A stretch of 39,809 nucleotides of DNA from Deltaproteobacteria bacterium. Lineage in GTDB: Bacteria; Myxococcota_A; Polyangia; Polyangiales; Houyiibacteriaceae. The translations under genes were made by a program, and so were the position numbers. Position 1 is the stretch's first letter. Every line of letters starts with the position of its first letter. Below are positions 18,050-27,082 of this stretch, piece by piece. The stretch covers positions 1 through 39,809 of the forward strand of contig JAXMNT010000063.1 in the NCBI GenBank assembly GCA_034670305.1, given 5' to 3'. The notes beneath the pieces were generated by a model that worked only from the letters and a program-made list of their open reading frames with translations, ran no database searches and had not been told where the DNA came from.

Positions 18050-19519
18050 ATGACGGGCGGGCGCACCGAGGAGACGTCGGAGACGGAGACGTCGGACGCG
18101 ACGACCTCGGACACGGTGAAGTCGGACGCGGAGACCTCGGACACGTTGAAGCCGGACGCGGAGAAGCCGCACGCGAAGAAGCCGCACGCGGAGAAGCCGC
18201 ACGCGGAGAAGCCGCACGCGGAGAAGCCGGACGCAGAGAAGTCGGACGCAGAGAAGTCGGACGCAGAGGACACCCTCCTCGGCGCCACCGCGCTCTACGG
18301 CGTCGCCAACGCAGTGCAGGCGCTCGTACCGGTCCTGCTGATCCCGGTCCTCGCGTACTACCTGAGCCGCGAAGACTTCGGGCACATCGCCATGTTCACC
18401 GCGGTGGTCGGGCTCGCGATGCCGATCACGTCCATGAACGCCGCCTACTCGGTGCGGCGGCAATTCTTCACGCTCGATGCCGCGAACTTTGGCCGGTACT
18501 GGAGCCACGCAACGGCACTCATCGTCGCCGCGACCGTGGTGGTCGCGCTCGCGATCTGGGCGCTCTCTTCACCGATCTCCACGCTCGCGGGGCTCTCGCT
18601 CCTGTGGCTCCTGCTCGCGGTTCTTCACGCGGGCGGCCAGGGGCTCATCGCGTTGCCACTCACGCTTTGGCAAGTGCGGCAGCAGCCCCGCACCTTCGCC
18701 GCACTGCAGATTGCGCGGGCGGTGCTGCTCGGCGCGTTGACCCTGCTCGCGGTCGTGGCGTTCGACTTCGCGTGGCAGGGGGTGGCGGGCGCGATGGTGG
18801 CCACCACGGTCCTCATCGTCTTCGTCTGTGCGCCGGCGCTCGTGCGCAGCGGCGCGCGCGGCTACCGAAAACCGATGCTGCAGCATGCGCTCCGGCACGG
18901 GACCGCGCTCATTCCCCACACGATGGGCATGTTGATCATCACGAGCACCGACCGGTTCTTCCTTACCCACTACCAGGGCGCGGAAGAGACCGGGGTCTAC
19001 TGGCTCGGCTACCAGTTCGGCTATGCGGTGACGCTCGTGGCCGATGCGTACAACCGTGCGTTCAGTCCGTGGCTCTACGCTCGGCTCGCCGCGAACGTGG
19101 TGAGGGAGCGCGCGGCGATCGTGGGGCGGGTCTACCGGTTCTTCGGCGCGATGGCGCTCTTGGCCGCGGTCCTGGTGCTGCTGACGCCGCTGGTGGTGCA
19201 GGGCGTCTTGCCCGCCGAGTTCCTCGGCATCCAAGACTTCGCGTATTGGATCATCCTCGGGTTCGCGCTCAACGGCATGTACCGCGTGGTCGCCGGGTTC
19301 GTATTCTACGCCGAACGCACGAAGACCATCTCCGCCATCACCCTGTGCGCCGCCGCGTGCAACGTCGGCCTCAACGCCCTCTGGGTGCCAGACCTCGGCG
19401 CGACCGGCGCAGCGCAGGCCACCGCCGTCTCGTTCGGCATCGGATTCGCGCTGACTTGGATGGCTGCGCAGCGCGCGCACCCGATGCCGTGGTTCACACG
19501 CGCGCGAACGAGCGCGTGA
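18050..19519 (+). CDS. wzx: Polysaccharide flippase (Wzx/MOP family) with a repetitive N-terminal tail
   Basis: Many TM segments; LLIPVL.YYLS.EDFG, DRFFL…G.EETGVY, NV.LN.LWVP.LG..GAA.AT. Confidence 0.88.
   Translation: MTGGRTEETSETETSDATTSDTVKSDAETSDTLKPDAEKPHAKKPHAEKPHAEKPHAEKPDAEKSDAEKSDAEDTLLGATALYGVANAVQALVPVLLIPVLAYYLSREDFGHIAMFTAVVGLAMPITSMNAAYSVRRQFFTLDAANFGRYWSHATALIVAATVVVALAIWALSSPISTLAGLSLLWLLLAVLHAGGQGLIALPLTLWQVRQQPRTFAALQIARAVLLGALTLLAVVAFDFAWQGVAGAMVATTVLIVFVCAPALVRSGARGYRKPMLQHALRHGTALIPHTMGMLIITSTDRFFLTHYQGAEETGVYWLGYQFGYAVTLVADAYNRAFSPWLYARLAANVVRERAAIVGRVYRFFGAMALLAAVLVLLTPLVVQGVLPAEFLGIQDFAYWIILGFALNGMYRVVAGFVFYAERTKTISAITLCAAACNVGLNALWVPDLGATGAAQATAVSFGIGFALTWMAAQRAHPMPWFTRARTSA
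18071..18271 (+). repeat. In-frame 15-nt tandem repeat (about 13 units; ETSDA / EKPHA / EKSDA)
   Basis: gagaagccgcacgcg-type units read directly. Confidence 0.9.
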
Positions 19520-19584
19520 TCGAACGCGGGCGCTGTTCGCTTGTCATGCATGACCTGCGCAACGATCCGTGTTAGCGCGCTGCG

Positions 19585-20763
19585 ATGCGCGACGGAGAGT
19601 TTCTTCCCTACGGGAGACAGTGCATCGAAGCGGACGACATCGCGGCGGTGGTCGAGGTTCTTCGCAGCGACTACCTGACGACCGGTCCGGCGGTCTCGGG
19701 GTTCGAGTCCGCGCTCGCCGACGCGGTGGGCGCCGACTTCGCGGTCGCGGTGTCCAGCGGCACCGCCGCGCTGCACGCGGCCTACTTCGCCGCGGGCGTT
19801 CGAGAAGGCGACGAAGTGATCGTGCCGGCCACCACGTTCGTGGCCACCGCCAACGCGGCCCGCTTCCTGGGCGCCGAGCCAGTGTTCGCGGACGTCGATC
19901 CCGACACGGGGCTCATCCGCGCGGACGAAGTCGAACGGCTGCTGAACGAGAAGACGCGGGCGATTGCACCGGTGCACATGACGGGTGCCACCGCCCCGAT
20001 GGCCGCCATCGCGACGCTCGCCGAGCGGGTCGGAGCGACGGTGGTGGAAGACGCGTGCCACGCGCTCGGCGCCACGATCGAGACTGAGCGGGTTGGTGCA
20101 TGCCGGCGGTTCTCTGCCCTCGCCGCGTTCTCGTTCCACCCGGTCAAACACGTCGCGATGGGAGAAGGCGGCGCCATCACCGGCAACGACCCGGCGCTCG
20201 AGCGGCGGCTCCGGCAGTTTCGCAACCACGGCATCACCCGCGACCCAGCCGAGTTCCAGCAACCGAGCCCGGGCCCCTGGTACTACGAACAGCACGCGCT
20301 CGGTCACAACCTGCGCCTCACCGACATCCAAGCGGCGCTGGGCACCTCACAACTCGCGAAGCTCGACCGGTTCGTCGCGAAGCGTCGCGCGCTCGCCCAG
20401 GCGTACGATGCGCGGCTGGCAGAGCTCCCACACATCGCGCCCGTGACCACCACCGCCCTCGCGGCGGGGAGCGCCTACCACCTCTATGCGGTGCTCCTGG
20501 ACTTCGAGCAGCTCGGCCGCACGCGAACGGAAGTCATGAACGGGCTGCGCGCGCGCGGCATCGGCACGCAGGTGCACTACATTCCGGTGACCGATCAGCC
20601 CTACTACACCGCGCGGGGCGTACGCGGTGAAGACTTCCCCGGGGCTCGGCGGTACCATGCCCGCACTCTGTCGCTCCCGCTCTTTCCTGGAATGGAAGTC
20701 GACGACGTAGACCGCGTGGTCGAGGCGCTCCAGGCCGTGCTCGCCGACGCACCGACGCCCTGA
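19585..20763 (+). CDS. pseC: UDP-4-amino-4,6-dideoxy-N-acetyl-beta-L-altrosamine transaminase
   Basis: LPYGRQ, LTTGP, SSGTAALH, EDACHALG, FSFHPVKH…GEGG, QVHYIP; adjacent to pseB. Confidence 0.9.
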   Translation: MRDGEFLPYGRQCIEADDIAAVVEVLRSDYLTTGPAVSGFESALADAVGADFAVAVSSGTAALHAAYFAAGVREGDEVIVPATTFVATANAARFLGAEPVFADVDPDTGLIRADEVERLLNEKTRAIAPVHMTGATAPMAAIATLAERVGATVVEDACHALGATIETERVGACRRFSALAAFSFHPVKHVAMGEGGAITGNDPALERRLRQFRNHGITRDPAEFQQPSPGPWYYEQHALGHNLRLTDIQAALGTSQLAKLDRFVAKRRALAQAYDARLAELPHIAPVTTTALAAGSAYHLYAVLLDFEQLGRTRTEVMNGLRARGIGTQVHYIPVTDQPYYTARGVRGEDFPGARRYHARTLSLPLFPGMEVDDVDRVVEALQAVLADAPTP

Positions 20764-20782
20764 ACCGACTTCAACCGACTTC

Positions 20783-21790
20783 ATGAACGCCTCACCGATC
20801 GACCCCGAGCTTCTGCGGTTTGCGGACGACAAGACCATCGTACTCACCGGCGGAACCGGCTCGTTCGGTCAAGCCTTCGTCGCCGCCCTTCTGAGCGACA
20901 GCCGCGCCAAACGCATCTTGGTGCTCAGCCGCGACGAGCTGAAGCAGCACGAGATGCGGCAGCGCCACCCGAACGAAGAACGGCTCGAGCTGCGGATCGG
21001 CGACGTGCGCGATCCATCGAGCACCCGCCGCGCATTTCGTGGCGCCGACTTGGTGGTGCACGCCGCGGCCCTGAAACAGATCGGCACCGGCGAACGCAGC
21101 CCCTTCGAAGTGGTCCAGACGAACGTGCTCGGCGCCCAGAACGTGATCGAGGCAGCGCTCGAACACCGCGTGGAGCGCGTCGTCGCGATCAGCACGGACA
21201 AAGCGTCGAGCCCGATCAACGCCTACGGCGCGACCAAACTGATCGCCGACAAACTCTTCGTCGCCGCCAACGCGGACGCGGATGGCCGCACCGCGTTCTC
21301 GGTGGTCCGCTACGGCAACGTCATGGGCAGCCGTGGCAGCGTGGTCGGCGTGTACAAGCGGCTCGCCGCCACGGGCAAGATCCCGATCACCGACCCGCGC
21401 ATGACCCGGTTCTGGATCACGCTGCCGCAGACCGTCGAGTTCGTGAGCCGCTGTCTTCCGACGATGCGGGGCGGGGAGATCTTCGTGCCCAAACTTCCGA
21501 GCGTGAAGCTGCTCGACATCGCGAAGGCCATCGCGCCGGATTGCGAACACGAGATCGTCGGCATCAGGCCCGGCGAGAAACTGCACGAAGAGCTCGTCAG
21601 TGCGACCGATGCGCGCTGCGCGTTCGAGTCCGAACACCGCATCGTCGTCTTGCCGAGCCCGGCCATCGCGCGGCGAAGTGCCCACACGAACGAGGACCTC
21701 GGCACCCCGCTGCCGGATGGCTTCGCGTACACGAGCGACCAGAACGCCCGCTGGCTCAACGCGGAACAGATCCGCGCCATGCTCGGCTGA
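20783..21790 (+). CDS. pseB: UDP-GlcNAc 4,6-dehydratase (inverting)
   Basis: TGGTGSFG, SRDELKQ, STDKA, YGATKL, RYGNVMGSRGSV, MTRFWI, GIRPGEKLHE. Confidence 0.93.
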   Translation: MNASPIDPELLRFADDKTIVLTGGTGSFGQAFVAALLSDSRAKRILVLSRDELKQHEMRQRHPNEERLELRIGDVRDPSSTRRAFRGADLVVHAAALKQIGTGERSPFEVVQTNVLGAQNVIEAALEHRVERVVAISTDKASSPINAYGATKLIADKLFVAANADADGRTAFSVVRYGNVMGSRGSVVGVYKRLAATGKIPITDPRMTRFWITLPQTVEFVSRCLPTMRGGEIFVPKLPSVKLLDIAKAIAPDCEHEIVGIRPGEKLHEELVSATDARCAFESEHRIVVLPSPAIARRSAHTNEDLGTPLPDGFAYTSDQNARWLNAEQIRAMLG

Positions 21791-21828
21791 CCGATGCGGT
21801 GCGCTCCAACCGCCGCGGTGGCCTCCGA

Positions 21829-22884
21829 ATGCGGCTTGGGACCCACGTGCGACTGCTGATCCGAGCCGACGGCAACCGCACCATCGGCGGAGGACACGTC
21901 ATGCGGTCGCTGGCGCTCGCGCGGCACCTCGTCGATGCCGGCGGCGCCGCAACGCTGCTCAGCGTCGACCTGGATTCGGCGCTCGAAGCGCGCGCGTCCG
22001 AGGTCGGAGTGGCCGTGGTCCGGGCGCCCGAGTCCACGGCGATCGCTTCCGAAGCAGACCGGCGGCGGGTCTCGGACACCCTGCGCAGCGGCGGGTACGA
22101 CTGGCTGATGCTCGATGGGTACCACTTCTCGGACGAATACATCCGTCCGCTCACGGAGGGTCCCGCCCGCGTCCTGCTCGCCGACGACGATGGCCAATGC
22201 GACCAGTACCGCGTGCACCTGGTGCTCAACCAGAACCCCTCGGCGAACGAAGCGCTCTACCCGCGTCGCTCTCCCCACACCGAACTGCTCCTCGGTCAGG
22301 ACTACGCGATGCTGCGGCCCGAGTTTCTGGCCCGGCGCGATGCCGAGCGCCGGTTCCCGGACACCGCGGACCGGCTGCTCGTGACCATGGGCGCCGCGGA
22401 CCCTGTGGGCGCGACCGCGGTGTGCGTGGACGCTTGCGCGCGACTCGCCGGTGCGTCGCTCCGAGTGCGGGTCGTGGTCGGACCGAGCAACCCGAACGGG
22501 GACGCGCTGCGCAAGCGCACCAACGACGGGCGCATCGAGTTCGTGCGGCCGGATGCAGAAGGCGGCATGGCGGCGCTGATGGCATGGGCGGACCTCGCGG
22601 TGTGCAGCGCGGGAAGCACGATGCACGAGATGTGTTTGATGGGCGTGCCCACCGCGACGGTGGTGCTGGCCGACAACCAGCGCAGCATCGCTGAGCCGCT
22701 CGCGGCGGCCGGCGCAGTCGAGCACCTCGGCTGGCACCACGCGCTCGAGGTGGACGCGGTGCGCGCGACACTCGAAGCACTTCGTGTCGATGTCGCGCGT
22801 CGGCGGGCGATGAGCGCGATGTGCCGAACGCGGGTCGATGGCCGAGGTGCAGCGCGGGTGCTCGATCGGATGCGCGCGCGATGA
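21829..22884 (+). CDS. pseG: UDP-2,4-diacetamido-2,4,6-trideoxy-beta-L-altropyranose hydrolase
   Basis: IRADG…IGGGHVMRSLALA, DGY, LLG.DYA.LRPEF, MG.AD, AGST..E, ADNQ. Start may be GTG 21847. Confidence 0.88.
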   Translation: MRLGTHVRLLIRADGNRTIGGGHVMRSLALARHLVDAGGAATLLSVDLDSALEARASEVGVAVVRAPESTAIASEADRRRVSDTLRSGGYDWLMLDGYHFSDEYIRPLTEGPARVLLADDDGQCDQYRVHLVLNQNPSANEALYPRRSPHTELLLGQDYAMLRPEFLARRDAERRFPDTADRLLVTMGAADPVGATAVCVDACARLAGASLRVRVVVGPSNPNGDALRKRTNDGRIEFVRPDAEGGMAALMAWADLAVCSAGSTMHEMCLMGVPTATVVLADNQRSIAEPLAAAGAVEHLGWHHALEVDAVRATLEALRVDVARRRAMSAMCRTRVDGRGAARVLDRMRAR

Positions 22885-23972
22885 CCGATGCGCCGCGCAC
22901 GATGACGATCGGCGGCCGCCGGATCGGGCCGGGCGAGCCGGTGTTCGTGGTGGCCGAACTCTCGGCCAACCACCGGCAAGACTTCGAAGCCGCCAAGGCG
23001 CTGGTCGATGCCGCCGCGGACGCGGGCGCCGACGCGGTCAAACTCCAGACCTACACCGCGGACACCATCACCCTCGACTGCGACGGCGCGCCGTTCCTAA
23101 TCGGTGGCGACTCCCCGTGGGCTGGCCGGCGGCTGCACGAACTCTACGAAGAAGCCTCGACGCCTTGGGCATGGCACGCGCCGCTTGCGGCCCATGCCGC
23201 AGAGCGCGGCTTGCTCTGGTTCTCGTCGCCCTTCGATCCGACCGCGGTGGCGTTTCTCGAAACCCTCGGGACCCCCGCGCACAAGGTCGCGTCGTTCGAG
23301 CTCGTCGACCTACCGCTGCTCCGCTGCATCGCGGCCACCCACAAACCGATCATCGCCTCGACCGGCATGGCGACACTGGACGAGATCGAAGAAGCGGTGA
23401 CCACCCTCCGCGCGTGCACCGACGCACCGCTCGCATTGCTTCGAACCAACAGCGGCTACCCCGCCAAGCCCGAAGAGATGGACCTGCGCACGATGGTCGA
23501 CCTGCGCGAACGATTCGACGTGGTCGTCGGGCTCTCCGACCACACCCTCGGCACTGCGGTGCCCGTCGCCGCCGTCGCACTCGGCGCCCACATCGTCGAG
23601 AAGCACCTGACGCTTCGAAGGGCCGACGGCGGGCCCGACGCCGGGTTCTCTCTCGAGCCCGAAGAGTTCGCCGAGATGTGCCGCTCGGTTCGCACCGCGG
23701 AGCAAGCGCTCGGCACGACCCGCTACGGCCCATCCAAACGAGAAGCGGGCAACCTCCGGTTCCGCCGTTCTCTCTTTGTCGTGCGCGACATCCGTGCGGG
23801 GGAGAGGTTCACCGCCGAACACGTCCGCAGCATCCGCCCGAGCGACGGGTTGCACACGCGCCATCTGGAGGAGGTCCTCGGACGCTGCGCCGCCGTCGAC
23901 GTGACGCGGGGCACCCCGCTCGCGTGGACCCACGTCGCGCCGCCCGATCGCACACGGGACGACGGACGGTGA
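22881..23972 (+). CDS. pseI: Pseudaminic acid synthase (NeuB family, SAF domain)
   Basis: AELSANH, AVKLQTYT, KVASFE, GLSDHT, EKH.TL.R.DGGPD..FS, RRSLF, IRP..GL. Confidence 0.93.
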   Translation: MTDAPRTMTIGGRRIGPGEPVFVVAELSANHRQDFEAAKALVDAAADAGADAVKLQTYTADTITLDCDGAPFLIGGDSPWAGRRLHELYEEASTPWAWHAPLAAHAAERGLLWFSSPFDPTAVAFLETLGTPAHKVASFELVDLPLLRCIAATHKPIIASTGMATLDEIEEAVTTLRACTDAPLALLRTNSGYPAKPEEMDLRTMVDLRERFDVVVGLSDHTLGTAVPVAAVALGAHIVEKHLTLRRADGGPDAGFSLEPEEFAEMCRSVRTAEQALGTTRYGPSKREAGNLRFRRSLFVVRDIRAGERFTAEHVRSIRPSDGLHTRHLEEVLGRCAAVDVTRGTPLAWTHVAPPDRTRDDGR

Positions 23973-24439
23973 ACGGGTTGCGACTGCGGCCGGTCACGCC
24001 CGACGACGCGCGGCAACTCTTTGTCTGGGCCAACGATCCGGACACCCGGCAGCAGTCGTTGAGCACGGACGAGATCGTTTGGGCGGATCACCTGCACTGG
24101 CTCGAGAGCAAACTCGCGGACCCGCGCTGCACCTTCTACCTCGTGGAACAGGACGGCACGCCCATCGGCCAGGTGCGCTTCGACCGAGAGCAAGACGGCG
24201 GCGACTCGATCGCCGTGATCTCGATTTCTCTCGACCCCGCGCTCCGAGGACGAGGTCTCGGCACCGCGGCCATCGGCGCCGCCGTCGCCCAGCTTCAGAA
24301 GGATGCGCCGGCGTCCGTCATCCACGCGTACATCAAAGAGAGCAACCCCGCGTCCCTGCGTGCCTTCCACAAAGCCGGCTTCCGCGACCTCCGTGGTTCT
24401 CCCAGGCAAGAGGTACTGCGCCTGACCCTGCGCCCTTAG
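23969..24439 (+). CDS. pseH: GNAT N-acetyltransferase (PseH role)
   Basis: LRP…W.ND…H..W, GQVRFD, RGRGLG, N.AS..AF.KAGF; GTGA overlap with pseI. Confidence 0.8.
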   Translation: MNGLRLRPVTPDDARQLFVWANDPDTRQQSLSTDEIVWADHLHWLESKLADPRCTFYLVEQDGTPIGQVRFDREQDGGDSIAVISISLDPALRGRGLGTAAIGAAVAQLQKDAPASVIHAYIKESNPASLRAFHKAGFRDLRGSPRQEVLRLTLRP

Positions 24440-24519
24440 CAGGCTGCTGAAGAACGCCCGCAGGGCGTTCTCGCAGCCTGCCCCTTGCCCCTGCCCTTGC
24501 CTTTGCCCTTGCCCGCGGA

Positions 24520-24787
24520 TCAGCGGTCAGATCGCTTGATCAGCGCGACGAGCATCGCGACGACCTGCTCAAGGTGGGCGAGAGCCCGTTCGATATCGGG
24601 CCTCGATGCCTCGGCCCGACGGTCCGTGATTTCGAGCCAGGAGACCTCGATCGCGGAGCGCCGGGCCATCCGATAGAAGCGGGCCTTCTCCTTGGGACTG
24701 AACTCGCCTGCGCCCGGCGATGTTGGCGACGACGGAAGTCGCAGCGCGATCGATCTGGTCTCGGAGGTGAGCACGGCCTCGCGGGAG
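24520..24787 (-). pseudogene. Four-helix-bundle (IVP/Avd-like) pseudogene, 5'-truncated and frameshifted
   Basis: LPRGRAHLRDQIDRAATSVVANIA in one frame continues as GAGEFSPKEKARFYRMARRSA…VVAMLV in another. The shift near 24716 removes the E of NIAEG. Confidence 0.85.
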
Positions 24788-24859
24788 GCAGACGCAAGAC
24801 ACCAGTTCGCCGCCTACCTGGCCGGCGCCGCATACAACCTCCTACTCGTCGCGCGGCTG
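24787..24859 (+). pseudogene. Remnant of a DDE (IS5/IS1182-type) transposase C-terminus
   Basis: GRRKT/QFAAYLAGAAYNLLLVARL (with a 1-nt slip) resembles the terminal 'AAYNL.R..RL' helix of these transposases and lies just inside the right inverted repeat. Confidence 0.6.
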
Positions 24860-24956
24860 CGGAGCTACGGCGTCCACGACGCGGGCAAGGGCACGGGCAA
24901 GGGCAACGGCAAGGGATCAGGTCGCTTTTCAGCGACCTGCTAGCGTCGGGTCGGCG

Positions 24957-25046
24957 GGGATCGGCTTCGGGATCGGCTTCGGGTTCGGCTTCGGCTTGCT
25001 CGCGGGTCACGAGGGCAAGGGCAACGGCAAGGGCACGGGCAAGGGC
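24957..25046. repeat. Short-period arrays (GGGATCGGCTTC)n and (GGGCAA/GGGCAC)n
   Basis: Read directly; they lie between the element end and the mtnD stop. Confidence 0.85.
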
Positions 25047-25071
25047 TACCGCTTCGCCGGCTTGCGCCGGT

Positions 25072-25509
25072 TCAGCGGTAGTGCGGGACCCAGCCGGCCT
25101 GATCTTGGAACAGGCGGACGCAGTGGATGGTCTTGAGGTCCGTCAGCTCGAAGCGGTGGTAGCGCTTGGCGGGCACGACGATGAGATCGCCGGCTTGCAC
25201 CAACACGCGCATCCATCGATCGGCGGTGCTGCGGATGTCGAAGATGCCCTCGCCTTCCAGCACGAAACGGACTTCGTCCTCGTCGTGCAGGTGTTCGTCG
25301 TCGAACTTCTGGCAGATGGCTTCGAGGTTCGGGTTGTCGGGGCGGAGCTCCACCGTGTCCTGCTCGATGTAACCGCGCTCCTCTTTGAGCTCGTCCATCG
25401 TCGGCTGGTAACCCGGGGCGTCCAGGGGGAGCTGCGCGTTGATCACGCCTTCCGCCGCGAGGGTCTTCGGGTCGATCGTCGTACCGTCGTCCATCCAGGT
25501 CGCGCGCAT
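25072..25509 (-). CDS. mtnD: Acireductone dioxygenase (ARD cupin)
   Basis: EHLHDEDEVRF…G.GIFDIR, W.R…GDLI.VPA..YHRF, RLF….GWV. Confidence 0.92.
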   Translation of the reverse strand: MRATWMDDGTTIDPKTLAAEGVINAQLPLDAPGYQPTMDELKEERGYIEQDTVELRPDNPNLEAICQKFDDEHLHDEDEVRFVLEGEGIFDIRSTADRWMRVLVQAGDLIVVPAKRYHRFELTDLKTIHCVRLFQDQAGWVPHYR

Positions 25510-25512
25510 CGT

Positions 25513-26217
25513 CTACTCCGCCGCGTTCTGTGCGCCGCTCGTCGAGCCCGCACCGAGCGCATCCGTTCCACTGGACTCGGGCACGACCGAGGCGTCGATG
25601 CCCATCGCTCTCATCCGGACCACCGCTTCGAAGAGGTAGTCGTAACACTCGGCGTGGGTCTTCGCTTCGACCCAGTCCCGCCCCCACACGTAGAGCCCGT
25701 GGCGCTGGACCAGCACGGCGAACGTGTTCGGGTACGCGTCGATCGCCGCGGACATCGAGTCGGCGAGATCGGCTTCGTGGGCGGTGTTCGGCAGCACCGG
25801 GACGATCGCGGTGTCGTGGTACCCGTGGCCGCGCAGCCCCTTCATCATCTCGAGGTGCGTGATGTGCAGCTCCGCGAACCCGGTCTTCGGGTTGGGAGCG
25901 CCCACCGTCAAGGTCGCGAGCATGGCGTTGATCGAGTGGCTGTGAATCACCGCACCGGCGTCGCGCTGCCGCATCGCAGACAAGAAGAGGGGCGCACAGG
26001 CACTGAGCTTTCGGCCCTCGCCGGGACTCGTGAGCACGCAGCCCTCGAGATCCACCGTGAAGAGATCGTCGGGCTGCAGACGTTCCTTCTGCACACCGCT
26101 CGGCGCCATCCAGACTTTGTCCCCGTCGCGGATGGAGATGCCGCCACCGGTTCCGGAGACCCAACCCTGGGTGTAGAACTGTCGGCACAACTCGACGATG
26201 GTCTGGCGTGGATCCAT
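25513..26217 (-). CDS. mtnB: Methylthioribulose-1-phosphate dehydratase (class II aldolase fold)
   Basis: GWVSGTGGGIS, APSGVQKERL, AVIHSHS, EMMKG, AVLVQRHGLYVWG; adjacent to mtnD. Confidence 0.92.
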   Translation of the reverse strand: MDPRQTIVELCRQFYTQGWVSGTGGGISIRDGDKVWMAPSGVQKERLQPDDLFTVDLEGCVLTSPGEGRKLSACAPLFLSAMRQRDAGAVIHSHSINAMLATLTVGAPNPKTGFAELHITHLEMMKGLRGHGYHDTAIVPVLPNTAHEADLADSMSAAIDAYPNTFAVLVQRHGLYVWGRDWVEAKTHAECYDYLFEAVVRMRAMGIDASVVPESSGTDALGAGSTSGAQNAAE

Positions 26218-26337
26218 GGGCGGGGCCCAACGTAGCAATCCCGCAGCCGCAGACAAGTTGGGTCGACGCGTCCCGCAGAAGCGCTGGCGCACACTCACCC
26301 TCGACGTTTCTCCCCCGTTGAAGTAAGACAGCCCGGC

Positions 26338-27003
26338 ATGGAGGAGCTCGCTGAGGAGGACCGCCTCCGCCTTTTCGAGCGCTTCGGCCGCGATTACCCC
26401 GCGGGAGCCACGGTCTACACCGAGGGCGACGAAGCGACCGAGTGTTTCCTGATTCAGGATGGGCGGCTGCGGTTGGTGAAGAAGATCCGCTCCACCGAGC
26501 GGAGTCTCACAGTGCTCCGTCCAGGCGACCTGTTCGGCGAAGACGCGCTGCTTCCGGGCGCCACCCGCACCGCGACCGCGGTCGCGCTGACCGACATGCA
26601 CGCGCTCGCCCTCGACCGGAACATGTTCGCGGAGCTGTTGACCACGAACCGCGAGGTCGCGGGCCGCTTGGTCCAGCAGCTGGTCCGGCGGCTTCGAGAC
26701 GCCGAAGAGCAGCTCGAGAACGCCATGCTTCGCGATCACCCCTCCCGGGTGGTCAACACGCTGCTTCGGCTCGCCAGCCTGGACGCCGATGGGAACGAAG
26801 CCACGCTTCAGCTCTCTCCCTTGGAGCTCTCGAGCCGGGTCGGCCTCGACGTCGACACGGTCAAACGCGCCATTCAGCAACTGCGAGACGGGGGCTATTT
26901 GCGGATTCTCGACGAACGGATCGTGCTTCCAGACCTCACCGCCCTCAAACAGCTGTACGAGCTGCTGGGCATGAAAGAAGAAGTCCGTGGCTCGAGTATC
27001 TGA
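26338..27003 (+). CDS. Crp/Fnr-family transcriptional regulator
   Basis: cNMP-binding motif GDLFGE.ALL….RTATA and a C-terminal HTH (ELSSRVGLDVDTVKRAI). Confidence 0.9.
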   Translation: MEELAEEDRLRLFERFGRDYPAGATVYTEGDEATECFLIQDGRLRLVKKIRSTERSLTVLRPGDLFGEDALLPGATRTATAVALTDMHALALDRNMFAELLTTNREVAGRLVQQLVRRLRDAEEQLENAMLRDHPSRVVNTLLRLASLDADGNEATLQLSPLELSSRVGLDVDTVKRAIQQLRDGGYLRILDERIVLPDLTALKQLYELLGMKEEVRGSSI

Positions 27004-27082
27004 AGGACTTCAAGCACTTGGCTCGCATGTCGGTCACCCGACACCCCCCTCTGACGGGCCGGACGCGGGGTTGACCGGTGAG

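Larger units (their letters stand above)
24440..24939. mobile_element. IS5-like non-autonomous (MITE-like) element with hairpin ends
   Basis: Ends CAGGCTGCTGAAGA… and …TTTTCAGCGACCTG are imperfect inverted repeats, flanked by TTAG and CTAG. Sub-terminal (CCCTTG)n and (GGGCAA)n arrays are also inverted. An internal transposase C-terminal remnant is present. Confidence 0.7.

Noticed and set aside
20763-20783. 10-nt duplication aaccgacttc x2 between pseC and pseB as a target-site duplication
   Set aside because: Nothing is inserted between the copies; it is most simply a local slippage.
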